Shown: positions 1 through 21,836, counted from the first letter of the stretch. The stretch: 64,000 nucleotides of DNA from Bugula neritina (GCA_964035545.1 OZ037772.1:13142818-13206817), one strand, 5' to 3'. The notes: generated by a model from the letters alone, not told the origin. Translations and numbers: made by a program.

Positions 1-211
1 AGTTACCACACAGTGTTTCCATGTTATGTTTCTATAGTTACCACACAGTGTTTCCATGTTATTTTTCTATGGTTACCACACAGTGTTCCCATGTTATGTT
101 TCTATAGTTACCACAGTGTTTCCATGTTATGTTTCCATAGTTACCACACAGTGTTTCCATGTTATGTTTCTATAGTTACCACACAGTGTTTCTATGTTAT
201 GTTTCTTCTAG

Positions 212-3200
212 GAGTAAGAGACTGGCTGGTGGAATAGGAGCTCCTGTGGACAACCCAGAAGACATGAAATATAAAGATCTGCTCAGAACTGCAACTTCCA
301 GCATCAACTCGGTCTACACAGTAAGTCCAGTTCTCTCTCTTCTATGTACACTACACTTAACAAGGGGGGGGGGAGTAGAAATACTCAAATTGAATGAGGA
401 ACTAGGGCTTTCTATGTATAAAGTTTATAATTTCTTCATGAAATCTTCAAATCAATCAGCCTTTTAATTCTGGCAGCCATGTTGAACTTCATGATGTAAA
501 AGAGCATGGCTGATCATACAGGTTCAGTTTTAGCTTAGACTAAGTAGAGTTTCCACTTCACCTACTTTGCCATGGGTTATGCATATATAGGATTATAAGT
601 TTTTTATGATGCATAAAGAAAAGGCTAATAATTATAACAGCAATCTTCAGAGTGAATCTGTACAGATTATCTATAAGGTCAATAAAGTGTATTCTGTCTG
701 TAGATTAACAGAGTGGTCAGTGTGAGAACCCAGGTGGTTGCTGGGATTAAATACTACATTGACTTCTATGCTGCCAATGCTGACGGAAAGGTACTTCTAT
801 ATATTCTATTAATATCTGTTGTTGGTTTTGTTGTGTCTCTTTACATTATTTCTGTTGTTATTCCTCCTGACACACTCTAAATGTAAACAAATATTGTCAA
901 TACTTTTTGGTTGTCTCCCCTGACAGGAAGAACTGTGTGAAGCCATCTTAGTAGAACAAGTTTGGTTGAAAGCTCTCCACGTCCTGAATTACAGATGTGA
1001 TGGGAAAGAACTTGCTGGAAGGTACTTTGCAAAGTATTACATTCAATTCTCTTCTTTAATTACTAATCTTTTATTCTTATGTTGATACATGTATAATATA
1101 CTAGTTTATATTTAGAGCTATATATATTATCACACAGTGTTTCCATGTTATTTGTTTCGATCCATAGTTACCACACAGTGTTTCCATGATATGTTTCCAT
1201 AGTTACCACACAGTGTTTCCATGTTATGTTTCTATAGTTACCACACAATGTTTCCATGTTATGTTTCCATAGTTACCACACAGTGTTACCATGTTATGTT
1301 TCTTCTAGGAATAAGAGACAAGTGGGAGGAATAGGAGCTCCTGTGGACAACCCAGAAGATGATGAGTACAGAAACCTTCTCACAAGAGCCACCTCTCTCA
1401 CCAATACACTCTACAAGGTGACCTTCTATACACATAAATATACAATCTATTTCATACATTTTACTCCATGCATCAGAGTCATTATCAGGTATTCACATTT
1501 CTTTCACTAGTTTACTTCAATATATATATACAGAGATCAGAATGTGTACGTACCATCTGTAAGTCCATATCATGTGTACTTACCATCTGTAAGTTTCTGT
1601 CATGATGTATATCTTCTCTGTAGGTTAATAAAGTGATTAGTGTGAGAACCCAGGTGGTTGCTGGGATTAAATACTACATTGACTTCTCTGCTGCCAATGC
1701 TGACGGAAAGGTATTTCTATATATTCTATGAATATCTGCTGTTGGTTTTGTTGTGTATCTTTACATTATCTTTGTTGTTATTCCCCCTGACACACTCTAA
1801 ATGTAAACAGATATTGTCAATACTTTGTGGTTGTCTCCCCTGACAGGAAGAGCTGTGTACAGCTGTTATATGGGAACAGAGGTGGACAAAGCATTTCGAA
1901 GTCCAGGAATACAGATGTAATGGGAAAGATTACACACTCAAGTACTTATACAAATATTATATTGAAATCTTTATATTTTATTATAGTTTTATACTTATAT
2001 TTATAGTACAATATTGTATATTTAGGGCTATAAGTTATCACATGTTGAGCTGTTTCCATGTTATGTTTCCATAGTTACCACACAGTGTTTCCATGTTATG
2101 TTTCTATAGTTACCACATAGTGTTTCCATGTTATGTTTCCATAGTTACCACACAGTGTTTCCATGTTATGTTTCTTCTAGGAGTAAGAGACTGGCTGGTG
2201 GAATAGGAGCTCCTGTGGACAACCCAGAAGACATGAAATATAAAGATCTGCTCAGAACTGGAACTTCCAGCATCAACTCAGTCTACACAGTAAGTCCAGT
2301 TCTCTCTCTTCTACGTACACTACACTTAACAAGAGAGGAGGGAGTAGAAATACTCACAGTGAATGAGGAACTAAGGCTTTCTATGTGTATAAAGCTTTAT
2401 AATTTCTTTATAAAATCTTCAAATCAATCAGCCGTTCTAATATTCTGGCAGCCATGTTGAACTTCATGTGATTTAAACAAAGATGCCTGACATTTATTCA
2501 GGTTTAGATTATAAGCTATTGCCTGCAGGGATTTCATGTTACTTACTTTACCTTAGGTTTGATGTATTCAATTTGATTATTAGACTATAAAAATATTTTT
2601 TCCTGGTGCATAAAAGTAAAGGTGTATAGTTATTAGCAATTTTGAAATTGTATTGTGTACAGATTATCTGTAAGGTTGATGATAAAGTGTATTCTGTCTG
2701 TAGATTAACAGAGTGGTCAGTGTGAGAACCCAGGTGGTTGCTGGGATTAAATACTACATTGACTTCTATGCTGCCAATGCTGCTGGAAAGGTATTTCTAG
2801 ATATTCTATTAATATCTGTTGTTGGTTTTGTTGTGTCTCTTTACATTATCTCTGTTGTTATTCCTCCTGAGTTACTCTAAATGTAAAAAGATATTGTCAA
2901 CACTTTGTGGTTGTCTCCCTTGACAGGAAGAGCTGTGTGAAGCTGTTTTATGGGAACAAAGTTGGCTAGGTTCTCTCAATGTCCTGAATTACAGATGTGA
3001 TGGAAAAGAACTTGCTGGAAGGTACTTTGCAAAGTATTACATTCAATTCTCTTCTTAAATTATTAATATTTTATTCTTATACTAACACATGTATAATAGA
3101 CCAGTTTATATTTAAAGCTATATATGTTACCACACAGTGTTTCCATGTTATGTTTCTATAGTTACCATGCACACAGTGTTTCCATGTTATGTTTCCATAG

Positions 3201-6200
3201 TTACCACACAGTGTTTCCATGTTATGTTTCTATAGTTACCACACAGTGTTTCCATGTTATGTTTCCATAGTTACCACACAGTGTTTCCATGTTATGTTTC
3301 TATAGTTACCACACAGTGTTCCCATGTTATGTTTCTATAGTCACCACAGTGTTTTCATTTTATGTTTCCATAGTTACCACACAGTGTTTCCATGTTATGT
3401 TTCTATAGTTACCACACAGTGTTCCCATGTTATGTTTTTATAGTTACCACACAGTGTTTCCATGTTATGTTTCCATAGTTACCACACAGTGTTTCTATGT
3501 TGTGTTTCTATAGTTACCACACAGTGTTTCCATGTTATGTTTCCATAGTTACCACAGTGTTTCCATGTTATGTTTCTATGGTTACCACACAGTGTTTCCA
3601 TGTTATGTTTCTATGGTTACCACACAGTGTTTCCATGTTATGTTTCCATAGTTACCACACAGTGTTTCCATGTTATGTTTCCATAGTTACCACACAGTGT
3701 TTCCATGTTATGTTTCTATAGTTACGACACAGTGTTTCCATGTTATGTTTCCATAGTTACCACACAGTGTTTCCATGTTATGTTTCTATAGTTACCACAC
3801 AGTGTTTCCATGTTATGTTTCCATAGTTACCACACAGTGTTTCCATGTTATGTTTCTATAGTTACCACACAGTGTTTCCATGTTATTTGTTTCGATCCAT
3901 AGTTACCACACAGTGTTTCCATGTTATGTTTCCATAGTTACCACACAGTGTTTCCATGTTATGTTTCTATAGTTACCACACAGTGTTTCCATGTTATGTT
4001 TCTATAGTTACCACACAGTGTTTCCATGTTATGTTTCCATAGTTACCACACAGTGTTTCCATGTTATTTGTTTCGATCCATAGTTACCACACAGTGTTTC
4101 CATGTCATGTTTCCATAGTTACCACACAGTGTTTCCGTGTTATGTTTCTATAGTTACCACACAGTGTTTCCATGTTATGTTTCTATAGTTACCACACAGT
4201 GTTTCCATGTTATGTTTCTATAGTTACCACACAGTGTTTCCATGTTATGTTTCCATAGTTACCACACAGTGTTTCCATGTTATGTTTCCATAGTTACCAC
4301 ACAGTGTTTCCATGTTATGTTTCCATAGTTACCACACAGTGTCTCCATGTTATGTTTCTTCTAGGAGTAAGAGACTAGCTGGTGGAATAGGAGCTCCTGT
4401 GGACAACCCAGAAGACATGAAATATAAAGATCTCCTCAGAACTGCAACTTCCAGCATCAACTCAGTCTACACAGTAAGTCCAGTTCTCTCTCTTCTATGT
4501 ACACTACACTTAACAAGAGAGGGGGGAGTAGAAATACTCAAATGGAATGAGGAACTAGGGCTTTCTATATATGAAGTTTTATAATTTTTTCATGAAATCT
4601 CCAAATCAATCAGCCTTTTAATTCTGGCAGCCATGTTGAACTTCATGATGTAAAACAGCATGGCTGATCATACGAGTTCAGTTTTAGCTTAGACTAAGTA
4701 GAGTTTCCACTTCACCTACTTTGCCATGGGTTATGCATATATAGGATTATAAGTTTTTTATGATGCCTAAAGAAAAGGCTAATAATTATAACAGCAATCT
4801 TCAGAGTGAATCGTGTACAGATTATCTATAAGGTCAATAAAGTGTATTCTGTCTGTAGATTAACAGAGTGGTCAGTGTGAGAACCCAGGTGGTTGCTGGG
4901 ATTAAATACTACATTGACTTCTATGCTGCCAATGCTGACGGAAAGGTACTTCTATATATTCTATTAATATCTGTTGTTGGTTTTGTTGTGTCTCTTTACA
5001 TTATTTCTGTTGTTATTCCTCCTGACACACTCTAAATGTAAACAGATATTGTCAATACTTTGTGGATGTCTCCCCTGACAGGAAGAACTGTGTGAAGCCA
5101 TCTTAGTAGAACAAGTTTGGTTGAAAGCTCTCCACGTCCTGAATTACAGATGTGATGGGAAAGAACTTGCTGGAAGGTACTTTGCAAAGTATTACATTCA
5201 ATTCTCTTCTTAAATTATTAATATTTTATTCTTATACTAACACATGTATAATAGACCAGTTTATATTTAAAGCTATATATGTTACCACACAGTGTTTCCA
5301 TGTTATGTTTCTATAGTTACCATGCACACAGTGTTTCCATGTTATGTTTCCATAGTTACCACACAGTGTTTCCATGTTATGTTTCTATAGTTACCACACA
5401 GTGTTTCCATGTTATGTTTCCATAGTTACCACACAGTGTTTCCATGTTATGTTTCTATAGTTACCACACAGTGTTTCCATGTTATGTTTCCATAGTTACC
5501 ACACAGTGTTTCCATGTTATGTTTCCATAGTTACCACACAGTGTTTCCATGTTATTTGTTTCAATCCATAGTTACCACACAGTGTTTCCATGTTATGTTT
5601 CCATAGTTACCACACAGTGTTTCCATGTTATGTTTCTATAGTTACCACACAGTGTTTCCATGTTATGTTTCCATAGTTACCACACAGTGTTTCCATGTTA
5701 TTTGTTTCGATCCATAGTTACCACACAGTGTTTCCATGTCATGTTTCCATAGTTACCACACAGTGTTTCCGTGTTATGTTTCTATAGTTACCACACAGTG
5801 TTTCCATGTTATGTTTCTATAGTTACCACACAGTGTTTCCATGTTATGTTTCTATAGTTACCACACAGTGTTTCCATGTTATGTTTCCATAGTTACCACA
5901 CAGTGTTTCCATGTTATGTTTCTATAGTTACCACACAGTGTTTCCATGTTATGTTTCCATAGTTACCACACAGTGTTTCCATGTTATGTTTCCATAGTTA
6001 CCACATAGTGTTTCCATGTTATGTTTCCATAGTTACCACACAGTGTTTCCATGTTATGTTTCTTCTAGGAATAAGAGACAAGTTGGAGGAATAGGAGCTC
6101 CTGTGGACAACCCAGAAGATGATGAGTACAGAAACCTTCTCACAAGAGCCACCTCTCTCACCAATACACTCTACAAGGTGACCTTCTATACACATAAATA

Positions 6201-8748
6201 TACAATCTATTTCATACATTTTACTCCATGCATCAGAGTCAATATCAGGTATTCACATTTCTTTCATTACTTTACTTCAATATATATATACAGAGATCAG
6301 AATGTGTACGTACCATCTGTAAGTCCATATCATGTGTACTTACCATCTGTAAGTTTCTGTCATGATGTATATCTTCTCTGTAGGTTAATAAAGTGATTAG
6401 TGTGAAAAAGCAGGTCGTGTCTGGGATTAAATACTACATTGACTTCTCTGCTGCCAATACTGACGGAAAGGTATTTCTATATATTCTATTAATATCTGCT
6501 GTTGGTTTAATTCCTGTGTCTTTACATTATTTCTGTTGTTATTCCCCTGACACACTCTAAATGTAAACAGATATTGTACATACTTTGTGGTTGTCTCCCC
6601 TGACAGGAAGAGCTGTGTACAGCTGTTATATGGGAACAGAGGTGGACAAAGCGTTTCGAAGTCCAGGAATACAGATGTAATGGGAAAGATTACACACTCA
6701 AGTACTTATACAAATATTTTATTGAAATCTCTATATTTTATTATAGTTTTATACTTATATTTATAGTACAATATTGTATATTTAGGGCTATAAGTTATCA
6801 CATGTTGAGGTGTTTCCATGTTATGTTTCCATAGTTACCACACAGTGTTTCCATGTTATGTTTCTTCTAGGAGTAAGAGACTAGCTGGTGGAATAGGAGC
6901 TCCTGTGGACAACCCAGAAGACATGAAATATAAAGATCTGCTCAGAACTGCAACTTCCAGCATCAACTCAGTCTACACAGTAAGTCCAGTTCTCTCTCTT
7001 CTACATACACTACACTTAACAGGGGGGGGGGGGTAGAAATACTCACATTGAATGAGGAACTAAGGCTTTCTATGTGTATGAAGCTTTATAATTTCTTTAT
7101 AAAATCTTCAAATCAATCAGCCGTTCTAATATTCTGGCAGCCATGTTGAACTTCATGTGATTTAAACAAAGATGCCTGACATTTATTCAGGTTTAGATTA
7201 TAAGCTATTGCCTGCAGGGATTTCACGTCACTTACTTTACCTTAGGTTTGATGTATTCAATTTGATTATTAGACTATAAAAATATTTTTTCCTGGTGCAT
7301 AAAAGTAAAGGTGTATAGTTATTAGCAATATTGAAAAGGTATTGTGTACAGATTATCTGTAAGGTCAATAAAGTGTATTCTGTCTGTAGATTAACAGAGT
7401 AGTCAGTGTGAGAACCCAGGTGGTTGCTGGGATTAAATACTACATTGACTTCTATGCTGCCAATGCTGCTGGAAAGGTATTTCTATATATTCTATTAATA
7501 TCTGTTGTTGGTTCTGTTGTGTCTCTTTACATTATTTCGGTTGTTATTCCTCCTGAGTTACTCTAAATGTAAACAGATATTCTCAATACTTTGTGGTTGT
7601 CTCTCTTGACAGGAAGAACTGTGTGAAGCTGTTTTATGGGAACAACGTTGGCTAGGTTCTCTCAATGTCCTGAATTACAGATGTGATGGAAAAGAACTTG
7701 CTGGAAGGTACTTGTACTATAATATATTACTAGGTACTTGGTTTATATAATATATTACTAGGTACTTAGTTTATATAACATACTATTAGTTCCCTTTTTT
7801 CATATAATATAGTATTACTAGTTATACTTAGTTCATATAATATACTATTAGTTACTTATTTCATATAATATATTACCAGTTAATATATCACAGCGGAAAG
7901 AGATCGCTTGCCGGAGGTCTGGTTGGTGGAATCAGCTCCGTAGACACAAGCAGATTTGGTGAATTCAAAGTGAAAGCTCAGAAAGCTGTGGAATCAGAAA
8001 ATGCTGACATCAAGGTATTGCAATATACTAGCTGTTACCATAGTAACAGTATCGTCATAGTAACCGTGTTTCTATAGTTACAGTGTTGTCATGGTTCCAG
8101 TTTTGTCATGGTTACAGTGTTGTCACTGTTACAGTGTTGTCATGGTTACAGTGTTGTCATGGTAACAGTGTTGTCATGGTTACAGTGTTGTCATGGTCAC
8201 AGTGTTGTCACGGTTACAGTGTTGTCACGGTTACAGTGTTGTCATGGTAACAGTGTTGTCATGGTTACAGTGTTGTCACGGTTACAGTGTTGTCATGGTT
8301 ACAGTGTTGTCATGGTTACAGTGTTGTCACGGTTACAGTGTTGTCATGGTTACAGTGTTGTCATGGTAACAGTGTTGTCATGGTTACAGTGTTGTCACGG
8401 TTACAGTGTTGTCATGGTTACAGTGTTGTCATGGTCACAGTGTTGTCACGGTTACAATGTTGTCACTGTTATTGTATATTCTACTGTATATTACAGAACA
8501 TACGAGTGATTGATGTGAAGCAGCAAGTAGTTTCTGGAATCAACACCTTCATGGTTATTCAGGGTGAAACCAGCAATGGGGAGGTAATCATTAAGTTTCT
8601 CTATCTTTAATTGCTGTGATTCCCACAATGCTGTGTCACACCTTCCCACAATGCTGTGTTTGTGTTGCAGACTACCACTTGTGACGTGAGGTTATATGAA
8701 AAGTCATGGGAAAATTTGTTTGAGGTGCAGAGCGTCAAGTGTACCTAG
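212..8748 (+). CDS. Multi-domain cystatin polyprotein, 3' part (5' end lies upstream of the window); at least 7 cystatin domains, 3 exons each
   Basis: Exons (A/B/C per domain): 212-320/704-790/927-1021; 1309-1417/1624-1710/1847-1941; 2181-2289/2704-2790/2927-3021; 4365-4473/4859-4945/5082-5176; 6069-6177/6384-6470/6607-6701; 6871-6979/7390-7476/7613-7707; 7894-8014/8497-8583/8671-8748 (TAG). All GT-AG with consistent phases (2-0, 0-0, 0-2). Unit 1 reads SKR-LAGGIGAPVDNPEDMKYKDLLRTATSSINSVYT-INRVVSVRTQVVAGIKYYIDFYAANADGK-EELCEAILVEQVWLKALHVLNYRCDGKELAGR: N-terminal Gly, QxVxG and second-loop Trp of cystatins. AATAAA at 8813-8818. Confidence 0.92.
3126..4360 (+). repeat. 35-bp intronic minisatellite (GTTTCCATGTTATGTTTCYATAGTTACCACACAGT)n upstream of cystatin exon A
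   Basis: Directly visible; further arrays at 1-205, ~1130-1300, ~2050-2175, ~5281-6060 and ~6810-6865, each ending in the exon-A acceptor. Confidence 0.95.
5281..6060 (+). repeat. 35-bp minisatellite array (same family as 3126-4360)
   Basis: Same unit, directly visible. Confidence 0.95.
8075..8470 (+). repeat. 17-bp minisatellite (CAGTGTTGTCATGGTTA)n in a cystatin intron
   Basis: Directly visible; produces the spurious ORFs 8108-8509 and 8287-8610. Confidence 0.9.
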
Positions 8749-9530
8749 AGGTCACAAGGTCACCGACACTGTCTTAGTCAGTTATCACTTTTCTGTTGCT
8801 AAGTTACACATAAATAAAGCATGAATAACACAATATCTTCTGCTATCTTCAACTTCTCTTGTTTTCTAAAAAGCAATTTTACTGGCACTTATAGTAAGCA
8901 CAGGTTCTGCATGCACGCATATCACCGGGCCATCTTGATTCAAGGTCGTAGGAAGGTCAGCAGTAGAATCCTCTGTGCCTTCAGGTTTACATTTATATAC
9001 ACTGTAGTAAGGGACGCATATGGTAATTGCTGCCGCAACATATCAACTACAGTCAAGAACTCAGGCAACTGTGAAAGTAGATTGAGACTAGATGAGTGTC
9101 AGAACTGCCAATTTAGGGTGATTACAGACATGTGTTCACAGATAGTGAAAGGCAACAGTTAGGCAGAATGGCCATTACAACAATCTGTTTCTCAGTGATA
9201 CATTCTACACGTATTGGAGTAATCCTTCAGCAATGTTATAGCTCATGTATGTGATACCACATGTAGTATGTACGAGTAGTATAATATGCTACACTAAGTC
9301 ACACATAATATTATAATGATATATACATATAATGATATATACATATTATAATAATATGTAAATGGGTTAACTTGTTGTGATATTCATGCTTAAATTCGCA
9401 AATTTTAGAAACATTTCAGAATATATCTGTAGAAACTAATGCACATTACGCTACAGGCTACAATATTACATGTATGTAGTACGATATGGTCACAGCTGGT
9501 CTACATTGGCTGGTATAGATGCCTTGTCTG

Positions 9531-9540
9531 TATATATAAA
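9531..9540 (+). promoter_or_regulatory. Candidate TATA box for the vWA-EGF gene, followed by a short non-coding first exon (donor GTAAGT at 9631)
   Basis: TATATATAAA at 9531-9540; AAG|GTAAGT donor at 9630/9631; acceptor CGTAG ending 9718, just before ATG 9732. Confidence 0.45.
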
Positions 9541-9731
9541 CTCAAGACATTGCACATTGTTATTATCGTCTTCCCTTGTCGGTTTGAGTGTGGTGCATTT
9601 CTCTGACTTGTACTTATAGGGTAAATTAAGGTAAGTGTTTAGACCTCACTTCTATTAGAGGAATATACTACGTGTTAATGTATACTAGAGAGATATAGAC
9701 TGTACCTGTACAACGTAGACACTTGAGGAAG

Positions 9732-18296
<8,565 letters not shown>

Positions 18297-18940
18297 ATTA
18301 CAAGCTCCTACTCTAAACCAACTTCCTCTGTATGTTGTTACCTAGCAACAACGCACTACCTAGCAACAGCTCACTACCTAGCAACAATTTGGGACTCTAT
18401 TAGTTAGATTATTACATATAACTAGTGAAATTGTAACATGAATGTGTATAATTTTTTAAATCTATATCAATATATGTCAATGGTACAAATCTCAACATAT
18501 GTTCTTATAGTTGCATGTATAAAATATTACATGGGTGGACATATATGTTTATAAGCATGTCAATCTATATGCTTATAAGTAAAACAAAACATGCTTATAG
18601 CATATCTTAGGTTCACATTACATACTTGGGGTTGTGCTCAGGTCAAATGCACTCTTTACAACACAGCTGCAAATCAGCAACTGCAATGGCAGCATGGTAC
18701 TGAGCTGGGTGACACAATGCAGCAATCTGCATGCAGACACTGCTGTATGACAGGTAGCTGTTAGCTTAATAACAAAGGAGTGTTGACTGAGAGTTACAGT
18801 AGCTCAATCACGTGCTCTGGAGAGAATAACAGCAGCTTGAAATCTGATTGGACAAATAAAAGGAATATAAACAACACCTGCACAGCTATTTTTAGCCTCT
18901 GATTTGAGTAACTTATCACTAGCATGACTCACTTACTTCA

Positions 18941-19105
18941 TGTTGAGTCATTACTTGAAATGTTGAGTCATTACTTGAGATGTTGAGTCATTACTTGAGA
19001 TGTTGAGTCATTACTTGAGATGTTGAGTCATTACTTTAGATGTTGAGTCATTACTTTAGTTGTTGAGTCATTACTTTAGATGTTGAGTCATTACTTGAGA
19101 TGTTG
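18941..19105 (+). repeat. 20-bp tandem repeat (TGTTGAGTCATTACTTGAGA) x8, each unit with a TGAGTCA AP-1 site
   Basis: Directly visible; an additional TGACTCA at ~18925. Confidence 0.9.
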
Positions 19106-20620
19106 GGAAACATCATAATTATTTACTAAACCAACTAAAATTAGAGGAGCGGAAACGGAGGTGGCACAACAACATCCTGATGAAGGTTATTGACCATTAT
19201 GTACATATTATATACAGGGCGTAGGTAGTTGGTATTGCCTCCCCTACCTCTGGCAGTGAGCCAATAGCAGAAGGAAGTCTGTAGTTAATCACCTTCGCAG
19301 GGACGGCATTCCACCCCAGTACAGCTTCAGTGAATCATTATTATCCTTTGTTGGAAATTTGCACTGGATTACACGCCCAGTTCCCATTCAGCCCACTATA
19401 CTGGTTAGAATACACTCTAGTGATTGATTGTAGTGATCAATTATTATATTCATTCAATACTACCTAGTATATATCCATCTTCGAGTTCACAGTGAGTGAG
19501 TTCAAAGATAAATGTGTTTTATTGCTTACACCAATACTTGTTATTTCACGGTCAACAGACAAACAGATTAACGTGACAGAACTGTGAGTTGGTCTTATAA
19601 ACGTGACTTGCACTCACGTCTATCAGGGTAACCCGACATGACCAGTCAACCTCATCAGCTGATACCCGTTAGAAGGAGACATCGACCTGCGGACTAACCA
19701 CAGTGGAACTCAATATACTTGATTGTTTATGAACTGTGACCTGAATTGATTGTTCAGAAAGAAGCATCTCAAAGCGGGTAAACAGTTCCAAGTATGCCAA
19801 CTGCTTACTACTGGCTGATCACTGCACTGATTTCATCATGAAAAGGCATTTTGTTTATACAACTGGCTAGAAACAATGTTATCTTGTTTTGAATAAGAAG
19901 GGTTAGCTTAGGTCACACGATGTACCGTGATAGGATGATTCATCTAAATGTTATTCCCAATTCTCAGTTTTCAAGCATGAAAGTTGACAGAGATGTGAAC
20001 GAATACCACGACTGTCTGCCATCTTAATAATATGATGGAATTTATAGCAAAACCACATCCTACATGCCATACTATAAGTTGTTAGTATTAGGATTATACA
20101 CCATGCTTATATCCGGTATACTCATGACTCTAGTGGCACCAGTGAAACACATCAACAGGGAATGAGTTTCTTATTTTATTGTACAATAACTTCAAATCTT
20201 TCTTTAAAAGAGACAAAAAAGTTACATGAACTTGACTAAAAAGTTAGTATTTTTACAACTTTACAACAAATATAGTTTATATTTTGATTGCCAACTAGTA
20301 AAGGCAAGTTGTGTAGCAATACTGAATACATACCAGCAAAATATACATTAAATTAAATAAAAGTTTCAGAAGATAGAAGTTGCCATATAACATTGATGTG
20401 ATACAAGGGTAGCGGACACGGTGTTAGTAATATCCAAACTATGCAGGTAGGTAGAGTGAAGCAGTATCTGATAATAATAAGTTCCAGAAAGAGATTATTC
20501 ATAGTGCTGATGGATAATTAGCACGAAATGATACAATAATCCGTGCCTGCCATTATTTACAGTGTGAATCACACCTCCACATGCACAATAACTAACAGGT
20601 CTAATAATGTTGATGAAAAT

Positions 20621-21688
20621 TTATGCTGTCAATGAAATTGAGTCCCGACAAAGGTTGAATGTCTGTAGCTCAGTGGACACTTCGTATACTGAGGTGTCCT
20701 TCATATCGAAGTTATGGCTGAATATCCGCACCAAATTGTTTATTTGAGTAGTGGCTTCAGGCGATGTAGTCACTGTTACTGATGAGAAATCTTTTTCAGA
20801 AGGTCTATCCAAATAACTGTCTACCGAATCCACTCTGAATACTTTGTTGGGAATAGAGTAGGAGTGGTTAGAGGTATAGTTGTCCGAGTTGTTTTCATCA
20901 TCAACAACTGATGAGCGACGTTTTAAACGGCGAGCACACGATGAGAAATGTATGGGTTGGGTTGGAACAACTGAGATAGTCGACTCACTTTGAGTCTGGC
21001 TAGTTTCAAGTGACGTGGACGGTGGTTTGTTTTCTTTATTGATTTCAATAGACGAGTGATCTTGTTTTTCGCATTTCGCTGCCAATTCATCTAGAAAGTT
21101 ACTACTAAGAGTGGAGTCACAATAACTATTAGCACCAGATACACTGAGACTACGTCGTTTTATTCCGGTATATATTAAGTCATTGGAAGGGTTGTCGTTG
21201 TTAGAACCTGACAGTGACTCACCTTTACTGTTAGTGTTACTATCGCCTAAATCATCATCATCAAGCGTGTTTGATTCAGTCCGAGTCACTGTTGAAGTAT
21301 GGCCCATACTAGCTGATCTTGAAGACATAAACCTTCTTTTAACAGCTACAGTAGATACAGAAGAAGACTCCATAGGCGACGGACATGTCGTTGTACCTGA
21401 ACTTGATTCAGTCGAGTTAACATCTTTGGTGTTTTTACACGCTGAAGTTGACTCTGACTGAGACGAGTCTTGAGACTCAGACTGAGAACTTGTCTTTTCT
21501 TTACTTGCAGGAGAATCTCGTACAGTTTTAATCTCAGACACATAGATATCTCGCGCTTTATGCAATACTGAAGCTACTAACAAACTTTTACGAAGATTAA
21601 GTCCTGTCTTGGTTCGCTTTGACTCGTGAATTTTATCCAGAGTGACGGTTAACAACTTCGTTACTTCTGATTTTCTATTTGCAGCCAT
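20621..21688 (-). CDS. Immediate early response (IER2/IER5-like) protein, single exon, ~355 aa
   Basis: ATG at 21688 (the ORF track starts at an upstream TTG). N-terminus EVTKLLTVTLDKIHESKRTKTGLNLRKSLLVASVLHKARDIY matches the IER-family motif (SLxKIxxSRxxRGGxxLHKNLLV); Ser-rich middle; C-terminal QINNLVRIFS motif; intronless like vertebrate IERs. Confidence 0.85.
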   Translation of the reverse strand: MAANRKSEVTKLLTVTLDKIHESKRTKTGLNLRKSLLVASVLHKARDIYVSEIKTVRDSPASKEKTSSQSESQDSSQSESTSACKNTKDVNSTESSSGTTTCPSPMESSSVSTVAVKRRFMSSRSASMGHTSTVTRTESNTLDDDDLGDSNTNSKGESLSGSNNDNPSNDLIYTGIKRRSLSVSGANSYCDSTLSSNFLDELAAKCEKQDHSSIEINKENKPPSTSLETSQTQSESTISVVPTQPIHFSSCARRLKRRSSVVDDENNSDNYTSNHSYSIPNKVFRVDSVDSYLDRPSEKDFSSVTVTTSPEATTQINNLVRIFSHNFDMKDTSVYEVSTELQTFNLCRDSISLTA

Positions 21689-21836
21689 CTCAAACAAATA
21701 TAATAGCGTCAAGTGTGTAGTAACTACTAAGTTCGAATGACAACAGACTTCTAAAGTAGGCTATGAAGTGAAATTACGAAACTTCCAGGAGTGGTGGTAA
21801 TTACACAGCCAACCCTCAATGGCTTCCAGCAAACAA

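Noticed and set aside
8821-9162. 113-aa ORF after the cystatin poly(A) signal
   Set aside because: No recognisable motif or splice context; probably a chance ORF.
19178-19200. CTGATGA as a second hammerhead core
   Set aside because: No downstream stem II/GAAA or closing stems.
19215-19270. Hairpin/pseudoknot-like segment GGTAG-TTGGT-ATTGCC...CTACC...GGCAGT-GAGCCAA considered as an HDV-like ribozyme
   Set aside because: Helix order does not fit the HDV nested double pseudoknot, and no P4 or J4/2 could be assigned.
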